Source: Candidatus Bathyarchaeota archaeon (GTDB lineage: Archaea > Thermoproteota > Bathyarchaeia > Bathyarchaeales > Bathycorpusculaceae). From it: a stretch of 64,000 nucleotides of DNA. The notes under the pieces are model-generated. The model did no database searches. It had not been told where the DNA came from and saw nothing but the letters and a program-made list of their open reading frames with translations. The DNA lies in contig CAVYES010000007.1 of NCBI GenBank assembly GCA_963767735.1, forward strand, positions 256,001-320,000, given 5' to 3'. Shown here piece after piece: positions 43,454-52,023 of this stretch (within the stretch, counting starts at the first letter, position 1; the number at the start of each line of letters is the position of its first letter). The translations under genes and the position numbers were made by a program.

Positions 43454-44710
43454 ATGAGCAGAGAAACAAAAGATACCCTGAAAAAAGAAAAGTGGCTAAA
43501 TAGGAATGTCGCCGCAATAGGACTTACAAGCTTACTTAGCGATTCGAGTCACGAGATGGTTACGGCCATTCTCCCATTTTTCCTTCTTGCAATAGGCGCT
43601 GGACCAGCAGCATTAGGGTTGATAGAAGGCTTTTCAGACGGCGCTTCAAGTTTTGTGAAGTCGTTTGCAGGATATCTTAGCGACAAAATCGGAAAAAGAA
43701 AACCGATTATGAACCTCGGTTATCTTTCAACAGGCGTTTTTATACCTCTTATTGCAGCAACGACTTCATGGTTTCAAGTTTTGGGCTTGCGGGTTGCTGC
43801 TTGGCTGGGAAGAGGCGCTAGAGGTCCACCCAGAGACGCTTTATTGACAGATTCAACTTCTTCAAAATCCATTGGGAAAGCTTTCGGCTTTGAAAGGGCA
43901 ATGGACACTGTAGGTGCCGTAATAGGGTCAGCTTTGGCGCTTCTCTTTTTGACATTTCTTAGTTATAGACAAATTATAACGGTATCTCTGATACCTGGTC
44001 TGGCAGCATTTTTTGTTGTCTTTTTTGTGGTTCGGGAAGTGCGAAAGAAACCATCTCCACAGGCTCCAATCGTCTCTACTCATGGTGATGTTTTTGTAAG
44101 AGACGACGGCTTTATTCAGTCAGTCAGGACGCTTCCAAGGTCGTTTAAGCTTTTTCTCGTTGGAGTAGGCGTTTTTGGGTTGGGTAATTTTGCTAACAGT
44201 CTTTTAACTTTGCGTGCTCAAGAGGTCTTGGCGCCTAAAGTTGGTTCATTTGAAGCTTCAGTCATTGCTGTTGGCTTATATGTTCTGCTTAACGTTTCCT
44301 ATGCAGCTTTCTCGTTTCCCGTTGGTGCGTGGAGTGATAAAATCGGTAGGAAGAGAATTCTTGCGACAGGTTATTTTATATGCGCTATAGTTTGTTTGGC
44401 TACTGCTTTTCTCACGCCTGACTTTTTGGTGTTGGTTCCATTGTTCTTCGCTGCGGGAGTTTTTACAGCGATAACGGATACTATACAGGGGAGTGCGGCA
44501 GCGGATTTGTTGCCCACAGGGTCGAGGGGAACGGGTTTTGGCGTATTGCAGACAGTTAACGGCATTGGTGACTTTGTATCGAGCACTGTAGTTGGTGGGC
44601 TTTGGGTGCTTATATCACCGCTTGTAGCCTTCTCGTATGCAGCCGTACTTTCAACGGCTGGAGGCATCATCCTCCTTTATCTAACTCGAGGAAATCACCC
44701 GCTGAAATAA
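43454..44710 (+). CDS. MFS transporter
   Basis: GYLSDKIGKRK and WSDKIGRKR motifs, RGPPRDALL, about 12 TMs. Confidence 0.92.
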   Translation: MSRETKDTLKKEKWLNRNVAAIGLTSLLSDSSHEMVTAILPFFLLAIGAGPAALGLIEGFSDGASSFVKSFAGYLSDKIGKRKPIMNLGYLSTGVFIPLIAATTSWFQVLGLRVAAWLGRGARGPPRDALLTDSTSSKSIGKAFGFERAMDTVGAVIGSALALLFLTFLSYRQIITVSLIPGLAAFFVVFFVVREVRKKPSPQAPIVSTHGDVFVRDDGFIQSVRTLPRSFKLFLVGVGVFGLGNFANSLLTLRAQEVLAPKVGSFEASVIAVGLYVLLNVSYAAFSFPVGAWSDKIGRKRILATGYFICAIVCLATAFLTPDFLVLVPLFFAAGVFTAITDTIQGSAAADLLPTGSRGTGFGVLQTVNGIGDFVSSTVVGGLWVLISPLVAFSYAAVLSTAGGIILLYLTRGNHPLK

Positions 44711-44907
44711 ATTGATAGATAAAAATCAAATCACGCGCTTTAAGCTTTGCTTATTGTAATATTTTTGGTGTTGTCTACTGTGATACTCAAAAAGAGAATT
44801 GCCTGAGTCAACGGTTCACTTCTGCGGATTTATGCGTTCGCTTTGCACGTTGACTTCGCATGTGCGTTTCTACGGAGGGAATGTGTACTTTCGACGCATA
44901 GGATGGT

Positions 44908-44941
44908 CCGAGCCGAACTTGAACCAAACGGGTTCAAGCCG
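44908..44941. repeat. Palindromic repeat, copy 2
   Basis: ccgagccgaacttgaaccaaacgggttcaagccg. Confidence 0.85.
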
Positions 44942-45125
44942 CCATCATTTTCTCTTCTGTTAACCTTCTAATTGATTGAAACAAGCGAATTTTAACATTT
45001 TAATAGGTTTTCATAAGCGGGCGCTTTAAGACTTATCATCAATTAAAACTTAACTAAGTTACTTTAAAGTACAAAGCAAAGCATTATTAGTCCCGTATGG
45101 TCGCATGTGGCTTGAGTGGGGATGT

Positions 45126-45302
45126 ATTAAAAGAGCAGAAGCAGTAGCTCTTCTAAAAGAGTTATGTTCAGAACAGTTAATTCAACCATCTTTAGTTCTT
45201 ATTGAACAGAGAAAACCCGATAAATACCAGTTATGCGTTAAAGGCGATTATGACCTTCAACGACTAGGAGTATTTCTTCAAAAAATACACTTTGTCATTT
45301 GA
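45126..45302 (+). CDS. Small hypothetical protein (possible ATT start; possible 3' frameshift)
   Basis: (I)KRAEAVALLKELC...YQLCVKGDYD. Confidence 0.5.
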   Translation: MKRAEAVALLKELCSEQLIQPSLVLIEQRKPDKYQLCVKGDYDLQRLGVFLQKIHFVI

Positions 45303-45344
45303 AGAGGGCACAAAAGGTCTATGTATTTTAAGCTATAGGAAAGA

Positions 45345-45470
45345 CTATTTCGTTAATTTGAAACAGCAATTACAATTCGTGCAGGTATAAGCTTCGACAT
45401 GAAATATACTGTTTTCAAATACTTTGTCTGGCTTAGAAACTTCATTTCCACAGTTAGGACATTTAGCCAA
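45345..45470 (-). CDS. Small zinc-ribbon protein (41 aa)
   Basis: MAKCPNCG...YTCTNC. Confidence 0.6.
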   Translation of the reverse strand: MAKCPNCGNEVSKPDKVFENSIFHVEAYTCTNCNCCFKLTK

Positions 45471-45558
45471 CAAGCGTTGCCATCCAACTTTACCAAGTTG
45501 GCGTGAAATTGTTATAAGCTTTTGTTGGCACAACTTGATTCAACAAACAATCTGAACC

Positions 45559-45738
45559 TTACCTATCGCATTTCTTTTCTTCGTCCATCAGTTGAGCTAG
45601 GGTGTAGGTTATATAGGCTGAGAAGCTGTGAATGCCTTTTTTAATGGCGTATTCCTCTTTGACCTTAAGCCACTCGTTAAAAAAGTAATCGTAAACCTCA
45701 GCTTTTACAGTGATGCTTTTAAAGCCTTTTTTCGGCGT
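45559..45738 (-). CDS. Ribbon-helix-helix-like DNA-binding protein (ACG at the start position)
   Basis: (M)PKKGFKSITVKAEVYDYF...SFSAYITY; AGAGGG SD upstream; not in the ORF track. Confidence 0.6.
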   Translation of the reverse strand, partial: TPKKGFKSITVKAEVYDYFFNEWLKVKEEYAIKKGIHSFSAYITYTLAQLMDEEKKCDR

Positions 45739-45857
45739 TTTGTTTCCCTCTTAAGCTAGTTAGCGGACGTATGTTTATATAAGGTTTCATGCAGTACTGT
45801 TTCACCGTTAATTATATATTTAATTGTACGGTAAAGTACTTTTGGAGATTGGTAGTT

Positions 45858-46004
45858 TTGCCACGTAAAGGATACAAATGCATAACAATTACCGACAAAG
45901 TTCACGCAGAAATCAAAAAAAGAGCCAAAGAAACCAACCGCACATTGAGAGAATATGTAGAAGACTTGTTTGCTAAGGACAAAGTTGATAAAAAAGCGGC
46001 TTAA
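45858..46004 (+). CDS. Ribbon-helix-helix-like DNA-binding protein
   Basis: MPRKGYKCITITDKVHAEIKKRAKETNRTLREYVE; GGAG SD. Confidence 0.65.
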   Translation: MPRKGYKCITITDKVHAEIKKRAKETNRTLREYVEDLFAKDKVDKKAA

Positions 46005-46236
46005 CCACAAATTCTATTATTGCTGAATGAGCTTTTTTTGCTTTTTCTTCATATAGACCATATTCTTAATGTGGATTGATTTTGAGTAAAGTCATCAATG
46101 GACTCAGCAGACTTCTCTCTCAGGTACGAACATTATTAATACTAGTTAGTTAGCTAGCCAATGTATAGTAGTAGTCATCATGGACTTAATTTAACGCTAA
46201 CAAATTGAACTATATCTTTGGATTTTTGCAATAGCA

Positions 46237-49200
46237 TTGGATTCAGAGAGAGAGAAAAAGAATTATCTGAAAGGAGTCTTGCATGTGTCTAAAGTTGAAC
46301 AATCGGTAATTACGGTGGGAATTGGCGCTTCCGCGGGCGGCTTAGAAGCGTTCAAGGTTTTGTTCGAATGTTTGCCTGTTGATACGGGTTTGTCTTTTGT
46401 CGTTATTCAGCATCTGGCGGCTGGTCAGGAAAGCATGCTGACGGACATTCTTTCAAGATTTACTAAAATGCCCGTCCAAGCAGTCAAAGATGGACTGTCG
46501 GTTGTGCCAAACCATGTTTATGTGATTCCGCCTGGAACAATCATGACCATGGAAAATAAGGTCCTCAAACTCAACTCAACGGGTAAGTCTGTGAAACCCA
46601 TAGATGCTTTCTTTGTTTCATTGGCTGAAAACTTGAAAACTCAAAGCTTAGGAATTGTGCTCTCAGGAACGGGGTCTGATGGAACCGAAGGGCTAAAAGC
46701 TATAAAAGCTCAGGGAGGAATCACCTTTGCACAAACTCCAGTCACCGCACAGTACGGTGACATGCCTCAAAGTGCAATTTCAGCGGAAGCTGCAGATTTT
46801 GTTCTGCCTCCAGACAAAATAGCACAAGAACTGCAAAAAATCGCCAATAATCCTCAACTAGCACGAAGCGAAATCGCAGCAAAAGAAGAAACTGGATTAA
46901 AAGAAATAAAGCCAAAAAAGGCAACAGGCCTAAACTCAATATTCACCATGCTAAAATCTGAATGCAATGTTGATTTCTCACACTTCAAAGAAACAGTTGT
47001 AAACAGGCGTGTCACACGCCGGATGGTAATTAACCACATAGAAAAAATGGCCAATTACGCAAACTACCTTCAAACACATCCAGAAGAGCTGGCGGCATTA
47101 TACTCTGACATGCTAATCGGCGTAACAAGCTTCTTCAGAGAACCTGAAACATTTGAAGCACTAAAAGAAACGGTGTTTCCAGCACTAATTAAAAACCGCT
47201 CACCCAAAGAACCTATCAGAGTTTGGATCCCAGGATGCTCAACAGGAGAAGAAGCGTATTCCTTCGCTATAGCAATACAAGAGTACCTCAAAGAAAATGC
47301 CATAACAAACATTCAGGTTCAAATTTTCGGCACTGACGTGAACGAAAAAAACATTGAAAAAGCAAGACATGGAACCTACCCGCCAACCATAGAAACCGAC
47401 GTACTCGAAACGCGATTAAAACATTTCTTCGCAAGCTCTGACGGCAACTATCAAATCACAAAATCTATTCGGGACATGTGTGTTTTCGCCAAGCAGGACA
47501 TAACCGCTGATCCGCCGTTCTCCAATATGGATCTTATCAGTTGCCGCAACATGCTAATTTACTTTGATGAGTACCTTCACGAAAGAGTAGTGCCTACTCT
47601 GCATTATGCATTGAAGACCGGTGGTTTTCTCGTTGTTGGACAATCTGAAAGCATCGGAAAATTCACCCAGTTATTTGAACCTGTAGGCAAGAAGGGTGCG
47701 ATCTACGTAAAAAAGAGGGCGCAGCCTAGCATTACTTTTGGTCTTCAAGCGACGGCGCCTTATCTTAAGCGTAAACAGGGCAGAGAAGGCGAGCATAAAG
47801 ATGCCCTGGTAGTGTTGAAGGACGAGGTTGATCGTTTGTTGGTTACTGAATATGTTCCTGCAGCGTTGCTAGTTAATGCTGATTTGGATGTTCTCATTTT
47901 TCGGGGAAATATTGTACCGTACATTGTGCCTGAATCGGGATTGGCGAGTTTGAATCTGGCAAAGATCATTCGAAAAGAACTAAGGTCTGAAGTGCAGACG
48001 ATAATCTATAGGGCAAGTAAAGAGAACAAACATGTCAAAGAAAATGCCGTGCGCTTTGAATATTCTGGAGAGCAGAAAACAATCAACATCCAAGTTGTTC
48101 CATTGCATGTTGAACAGTATGAAGCACCATTTTTCCTCGTGTTGTTTGAAGACGTTAGTTCAGCGGCAGCGCTTCTACGCCAAACCATGTCGTTAAATAT
48201 GACGGCTGAAGGTCGAGAAAACGTTAAGGACCGTCAAAATAGAGAGCTCAGGGAAGAGTTGGATTCAACTAAGCAAACTTTGCAGAGAATTATTGAAACT
48301 CAGGAAGCAACAAACGAAGAACTCAGAACTACTATGGAGGAGGCGCAGTCGAGCAATGAGGAGCTTCAGAGCACAAATGAGGAATTGGAAACTGCAAAGG
48401 AAGAGCTTCAATCTAGCAATGAAGAATTAAAAACGTTAAATGACGAGGTCAAGAACCGAAACCAAACACTTGCGCTGCTGAATGATGACTTAACTAATTT
48501 GAATAGGAACATTGATCCAGTCGTTGTTATCATCGATAAAAGCCTTAAAATTAGGTTGTTTTCGCCTTCAGCGCGGAAAATTTTGAATCTTTCGCCATCA
48601 ACAGTTGGGCTGCCAATTACAAGTATCAAACTGGGCATAGCAGTTGAAGATTTGGGAGAAATAATTTCAGAAGTGATTTCAAAACTGAGCGGTTTCAATA
48701 AAGAAGTGCAGGATGGGCAGGGTCATTTTTATGAGTTGCGAGTTCGACCTTACATAACACAAGAAGACAAAATAGACGGCGCTGTTTTGTCGTTTGTCGA
48801 TATTGATGACAGAAAGAAGCTTGAAAAAGTTCAACGGTTGGCGGCGATAGGCGAGACAGCTGGCATGGTGGGTCATGATATTCGCAATCCGCTTCAAGCT
48901 ATAATTGGCGATATCTATTTGGCTAGAACAGAATTGGCTTCGACTCTGGAGAGCGAAGAGAAAAAGTGTGCGTTAGAGAGTTTGGAGGAGATCGAAAAGA
49001 ACATTGATTACATTAACAAAATTGTGTCAGACCTTCAAGACTACGCAAAAACGATTAATCCTGTTGCTCAAGAAACAAACTTGGAAGCCTTATGCAAGGA
49101 GCTGCTACAAGGGAAAGATGTTCCGAAAAACATCAAAGCAACGTGTAATGTTGACAGTACAGCTAAAATAATTGTGGTTGACGGTACTTTGTTAAAACGT

Positions 49201-49509
49201 GTTCTTGGAAATCTGGTTTCTAATGCAATTCAAGCTATGCCAAACGGCGGAGAGCTGACTCTTAGGGCACATCAGGAAGCAAGTGACATGGTCATCGCTA
49301 TTCAGGATACAGGCATCGGCATCCCTGATAAAGTCAAGCCGAAGCTTTTCACTCCATTATTCACCACTAAATCGAAAGGGCAAGGCTTAGGATTAGCCGT
49401 AGTCAAGCGTATGGTCGAAGCATTAAACGGAACTGTAACTTTTGAAAGCGTAGAAGGAAATGGCACGACTTTCATTATTCGTTTCCCCCTTAACAAGAGG
49501 CATATCTAA
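46237..49509 (+). CDS. CheB methylesterase / CheR methyltransferase / PAS / histidine kinase fusion
   Basis: GASAGG, LSGTGSDG, TSFFRE, GCSTGEEAYS, SCRN, NEELQS coiled coil, HDIRNPL, DTGIG, GLGL. Confidence 0.93.
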   Translation: MDSEREKKNYLKGVLHVSKVEQSVITVGIGASAGGLEAFKVLFECLPVDTGLSFVVIQHLAAGQESMLTDILSRFTKMPVQAVKDGLSVVPNHVYVIPPGTIMTMENKVLKLNSTGKSVKPIDAFFVSLAENLKTQSLGIVLSGTGSDGTEGLKAIKAQGGITFAQTPVTAQYGDMPQSAISAEAADFVLPPDKIAQELQKIANNPQLARSEIAAKEETGLKEIKPKKATGLNSIFTMLKSECNVDFSHFKETVVNRRVTRRMVINHIEKMANYANYLQTHPEELAALYSDMLIGVTSFFREPETFEALKETVFPALIKNRSPKEPIRVWIPGCSTGEEAYSFAIAIQEYLKENAITNIQVQIFGTDVNEKNIEKARHGTYPPTIETDVLETRLKHFFASSDGNYQITKSIRDMCVFAKQDITADPPFSNMDLISCRNMLIYFDEYLHERVVPTLHYALKTGGFLVVGQSESIGKFTQLFEPVGKKGAIYVKKRAQPSITFGLQATAPYLKRKQGREGEHKDALVVLKDEVDRLLVTEYVPAALLVNADLDVLIFRGNIVPYIVPESGLASLNLAKIIRKELRSEVQTIIYRASKENKHVKENAVRFEYSGEQKTINIQVVPLHVEQYEAPFFLVLFEDVSSAAALLRQTMSLNMTAEGRENVKDRQNRELREELDSTKQTLQRIIETQEATNEELRTTMEEAQSSNEELQSTNEELETAKEELQSSNEELKTLNDEVKNRNQTLALLNDDLTNLNRNIDPVVVIIDKSLKIRLFSPSARKILNLSPSTVGLPITSIKLGIAVEDLGEIISEVISKLSGFNKEVQDGQGHFYELRVRPYITQEDKIDGAVLSFVDIDDRKKLEKVQRLAAIGETAGMVGHDIRNPLQAIIGDIYLARTELASTLESEEKKCALESLEEIEKNIDYINKIVSDLQDYAKTINPVAQETNLEALCKELLQGKDVPKNIKATCNVDSTAKIIVVDGTLLKRVLGNLVSNAIQAMPNGGELTLRAHQEASDMVIAIQDTGIGIPDKVKPKLFTPLFTTKSKGQGLGLAVVKRMVEALNGTVTFESVEGNGTTFIIRFPLNKRHI

Positions 49510-49707
49510 GCAATGCACATTAGTCTAGTTCTGCACCATGAGTAACAGGCTTGATGAACATTTATTTTTAAGACTGATTTAGCAAATTTTCTCAATCTTC
49601 TAAATAATTCGCTAAGATGATAAAACAAGAAGGCACTTTTAACTTAAAACTGGAGTTGCCCGAACAAATTGGGGCTCAGACCGTGCAGGGGATGAGTCTA
49701 ATTTGGG

Positions 49708-49742
49708 CCGAGCCGAACTTGAACCTAAACGGTACTAACCCG
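49708..49742. repeat. Palindromic repeat, copy 3 (degenerate right arm)
   Basis: ccgagccgaacttgaacctaaacggtactaacccg. Confidence 0.75.
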
Positions 49743-49903
49743 TTGACCAACAAAATAAATTCAATAGCTTTAATCCGATAAGGAAGAGACCTATACTTAT
49801 CCACAAAAAGTACGTATTCGCTGGTGAGTGGCGGGTCCGCTGGGTTCCGCACTCAAAATATGATGGAACAAGGCCCTACCCCAAACAGGGGCAGAACCGA
49901 TAA

Positions 49904-49978
49904 CGGGCCCGATGGGATTTGAACCCATGACTTTCAGCTTAGAAGGCTGACGCGCTATCCGTACTGCGCCACGGGCCC
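49904..49978 (-). tRNA. tRNA-Arg (anticodon TCT), intronless, CCA not encoded
   Basis: GGGCCCG/CGGGCCC acceptor stem, TCAGC-CTTCTAA-GCTGA anticodon arm, ATGGG-TTCAAAT-CCCAT T arm. Confidence 0.96.
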
Positions 49979-50053
49979 TCTTGCGGGCACTCTAATGAAA
50001 ACACTTACAAATATAATTTTATCCCTGAGTATCTGCGTTTATTATATAGTGTT

Positions 50054-51256
50054 CTAAATGTAGCTGGAGAATCTTTTCGGTTTTCTGTAACAGTGAACTT
50101 GCAATCCGTTGATAGCGAGCTCATCGTATTTTATCCAGCCTGCCTGACCAAGCTTCATAATTTCCTCAACAGTCGTCGCGGTTGTTGTCTCAAATTGGTC
50201 ATCCTTGAATTCGATCATGCCAATGTATTTCATGCTGTTTTCAATACGCTTATGACCCAATAGCTTCTTTACTAATAACACGTTGCCGTTTGTGTGGTAG
50301 GCAATCATTGTGCCTCCCCAATGTCTGAAGGTCCTTAGTTCTATCTTTAGAATTCGAGGGTTTTGCTGTAGGTTCGCCACTCGCTTTCTCACGTGGTTAT
50401 AGGTGTAGATGATGCTTCGGTAGGTTGTTGGAAAGACTCTTTGCGATACTCTTGGTAAGCAGTTAATCATTGATAGCAGACGACTTGAAACCTTAAGGGT
50501 TCTTGGCAAGTGGCCTTTTACTGGATGGTTGATCTTAATAGTTTGTTCTTTCTCAGAGATGTCTATCCATTCGATTCTTAGGGCTTCTGAGGGGTCGCCG
50601 TAGGTTTCTTTGAGGGTTTGAAGATAGGTTGCTACTCGTCGCGATTTGCAGGCGCTTATCAAGGCATCAAGCTCTGACTCGTCGGGGATAAATGGAATGA
50701 TTTCTTCTTGCCTGTATTTTGGTGGCTTCCAAGTTATCTTCATCATTGTTACGAGGGCATTGTATGCGTAGACGTACTGCAGTTTCATGCCGTCCTTGAC
50801 TTTTTGTCTTCCGATGACTGCTTTAACGTCTTCGGGATCTCGCAGGTTAGCACCAAGCCTTGCGAGACGTCGAATAACGTTTGGGTATTGTGTTTCGTCG
50901 CTGAATCCTTCTTTCTCCAGGTATGCTAGGAACTGAGCAACTAATCCAGCTGCGTCAGGTGGCAGTTTTGCATCTCCCGCACAAACTTTGGTTTTTTGTC
51001 GTGCGGTTTCCAAATTTTTCGCACCTTCGATGATTGCGCCTATTTGGCGTTTAGAATGTAAGGCAATTGGACTATTTAATAACCAGTTTGGGTTTTTTTG
51101 TAACGGCTTCTCAGAAAACCTGTAACCGCAATCACGGCATAGCCATCGCTGAACTGAATTCTCTTTTGAGAGGTAGCGTAATCCGTCCTTGTACAGTCTA
51201 TTCGAACCGCATTGAGGACATAGGACGCTCAAGGAGTCTGGATTTGGCAACTGCAT
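50054..51256 (-). CDS. Tyrosine recombinase/integrase with N-terminal zinc ribbon
   Basis: CPQCGS...QRWLCRDCG; C-terminal TFRHW, LLGHKRIENSMKY; adjacent to a tRNA. Confidence 0.88.
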   Translation of the reverse strand: MQLPNPDSLSVLCPQCGSNRLYKDGLRYLSKENSVQRWLCRDCGYRFSEKPLQKNPNWLLNSPIALHSKRQIGAIIEGAKNLETARQKTKVCAGDAKLPPDAAGLVAQFLAYLEKEGFSDETQYPNVIRRLARLGANLRDPEDVKAVIGRQKVKDGMKLQYVYAYNALVTMMKITWKPPKYRQEEIIPFIPDESELDALISACKSRRVATYLQTLKETYGDPSEALRIEWIDISEKEQTIKINHPVKGHLPRTLKVSSRLLSMINCLPRVSQRVFPTTYRSIIYTYNHVRKRVANLQQNPRILKIELRTFRHWGGTMIAYHTNGNVLLVKKLLGHKRIENSMKYIGMIEFKDDQFETTTATTVEEIMKLGQAGWIKYDELAINGLQVHCYRKPKRFSSYI

Positions 51257-51629
51257 GAGAATCCGCCATCCTAACTCAGTTGCCCTTCAAGACGCGCCTT
51301 TGATAGTTCGACCTTGCGGTTGTTTTTAAAAAACTCGTTTTCCGTCGCTGTGATAGCACTTTGAATCTTGATCTTCAACCTTTGTTTTCCTCTTCGAATT
51401 TGAATTTCCAAATTCCAAAGTCTCTTCTTACGAAGAGGTTACAAGGTTACATTTTCCAAATTTAACTTACACTTTTTCACTTTAATTATTATAGCGCTAT
51501 TTCGCCATATGAAACACTACATCTAGTGTAGGCGCAATATTTAACTTTTACACCATTTGAAATACAGGTGGTCTAAGCACATCGGGTTCTGTTATTTTTC
51601 AGGGTTGAAGAGGTAGCGTCTTTTCCCTG

Positions 51630-51824
51630 TTACCTTTTGGTTGGTAAATCAATTTTACTGCCGCTCTTAACCGCGCCAGGAACGTTAGCCTCCTGCGGAA
51701 CCTTAGTACTTTTCAGAAGGCCTACGCTGAAGTTTTTGAAACGCTCCCTCTGCTCCGCCTCGTACTCGTTGAATGCAGCTTTAAGTTTCTCGAAACCTTC
51801 ACTATCAAATTTTTCTTCACTCAT
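51630..51824 (-). CDS. Small hypothetical protein
   Basis: MSEEKFDSEGFEKLKAAF...; GAGGTGA SD. Confidence 0.6.
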   Translation of the reverse strand: MSEEKFDSEGFEKLKAAFNEYEAEQRERFKNFSVGLLKSTKVPQEANVPGAVKSGSKIDLPTKR

Positions 51825-52023
51825 CAAATCACCTCATTAATCTTAACGCGCTGTTTTGTCGCGAAATCGATGAAATGAAAAATCTAAAAAAACCTTTTAT
51901 GTCTCCACTGCCTCATTCAATTCGAGGTCAATGCGCACCTTGAGGTGTTCCACTCTTGGAACAGTCTGTTTCATCATTAGAACTAAATCTCACTTTGTTT
52001 AAGTATGTGATAGGGAAGCCGAA

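Larger units (their letters stand above)
31453..49950. mobile_element. 18.5-kb genomic island integrated at tRNA-Arg(TCT)
   Basis: Bounded by a 45-bp direct repeat of the tRNA 3' half; accessory gene content with several broken reading frames. Confidence 0.8.

Noticed and set aside
40258-49742. The 35-bp palindromes as a CRISPR array or canonical integron attC sites
   Set aside because: Spacing is kilobases, and the RYYYAAC/GTTRRRY boxes are absent. The integrase shows no recognisable IntI-specific insertion. Kept only as a non-canonical hypothesis.
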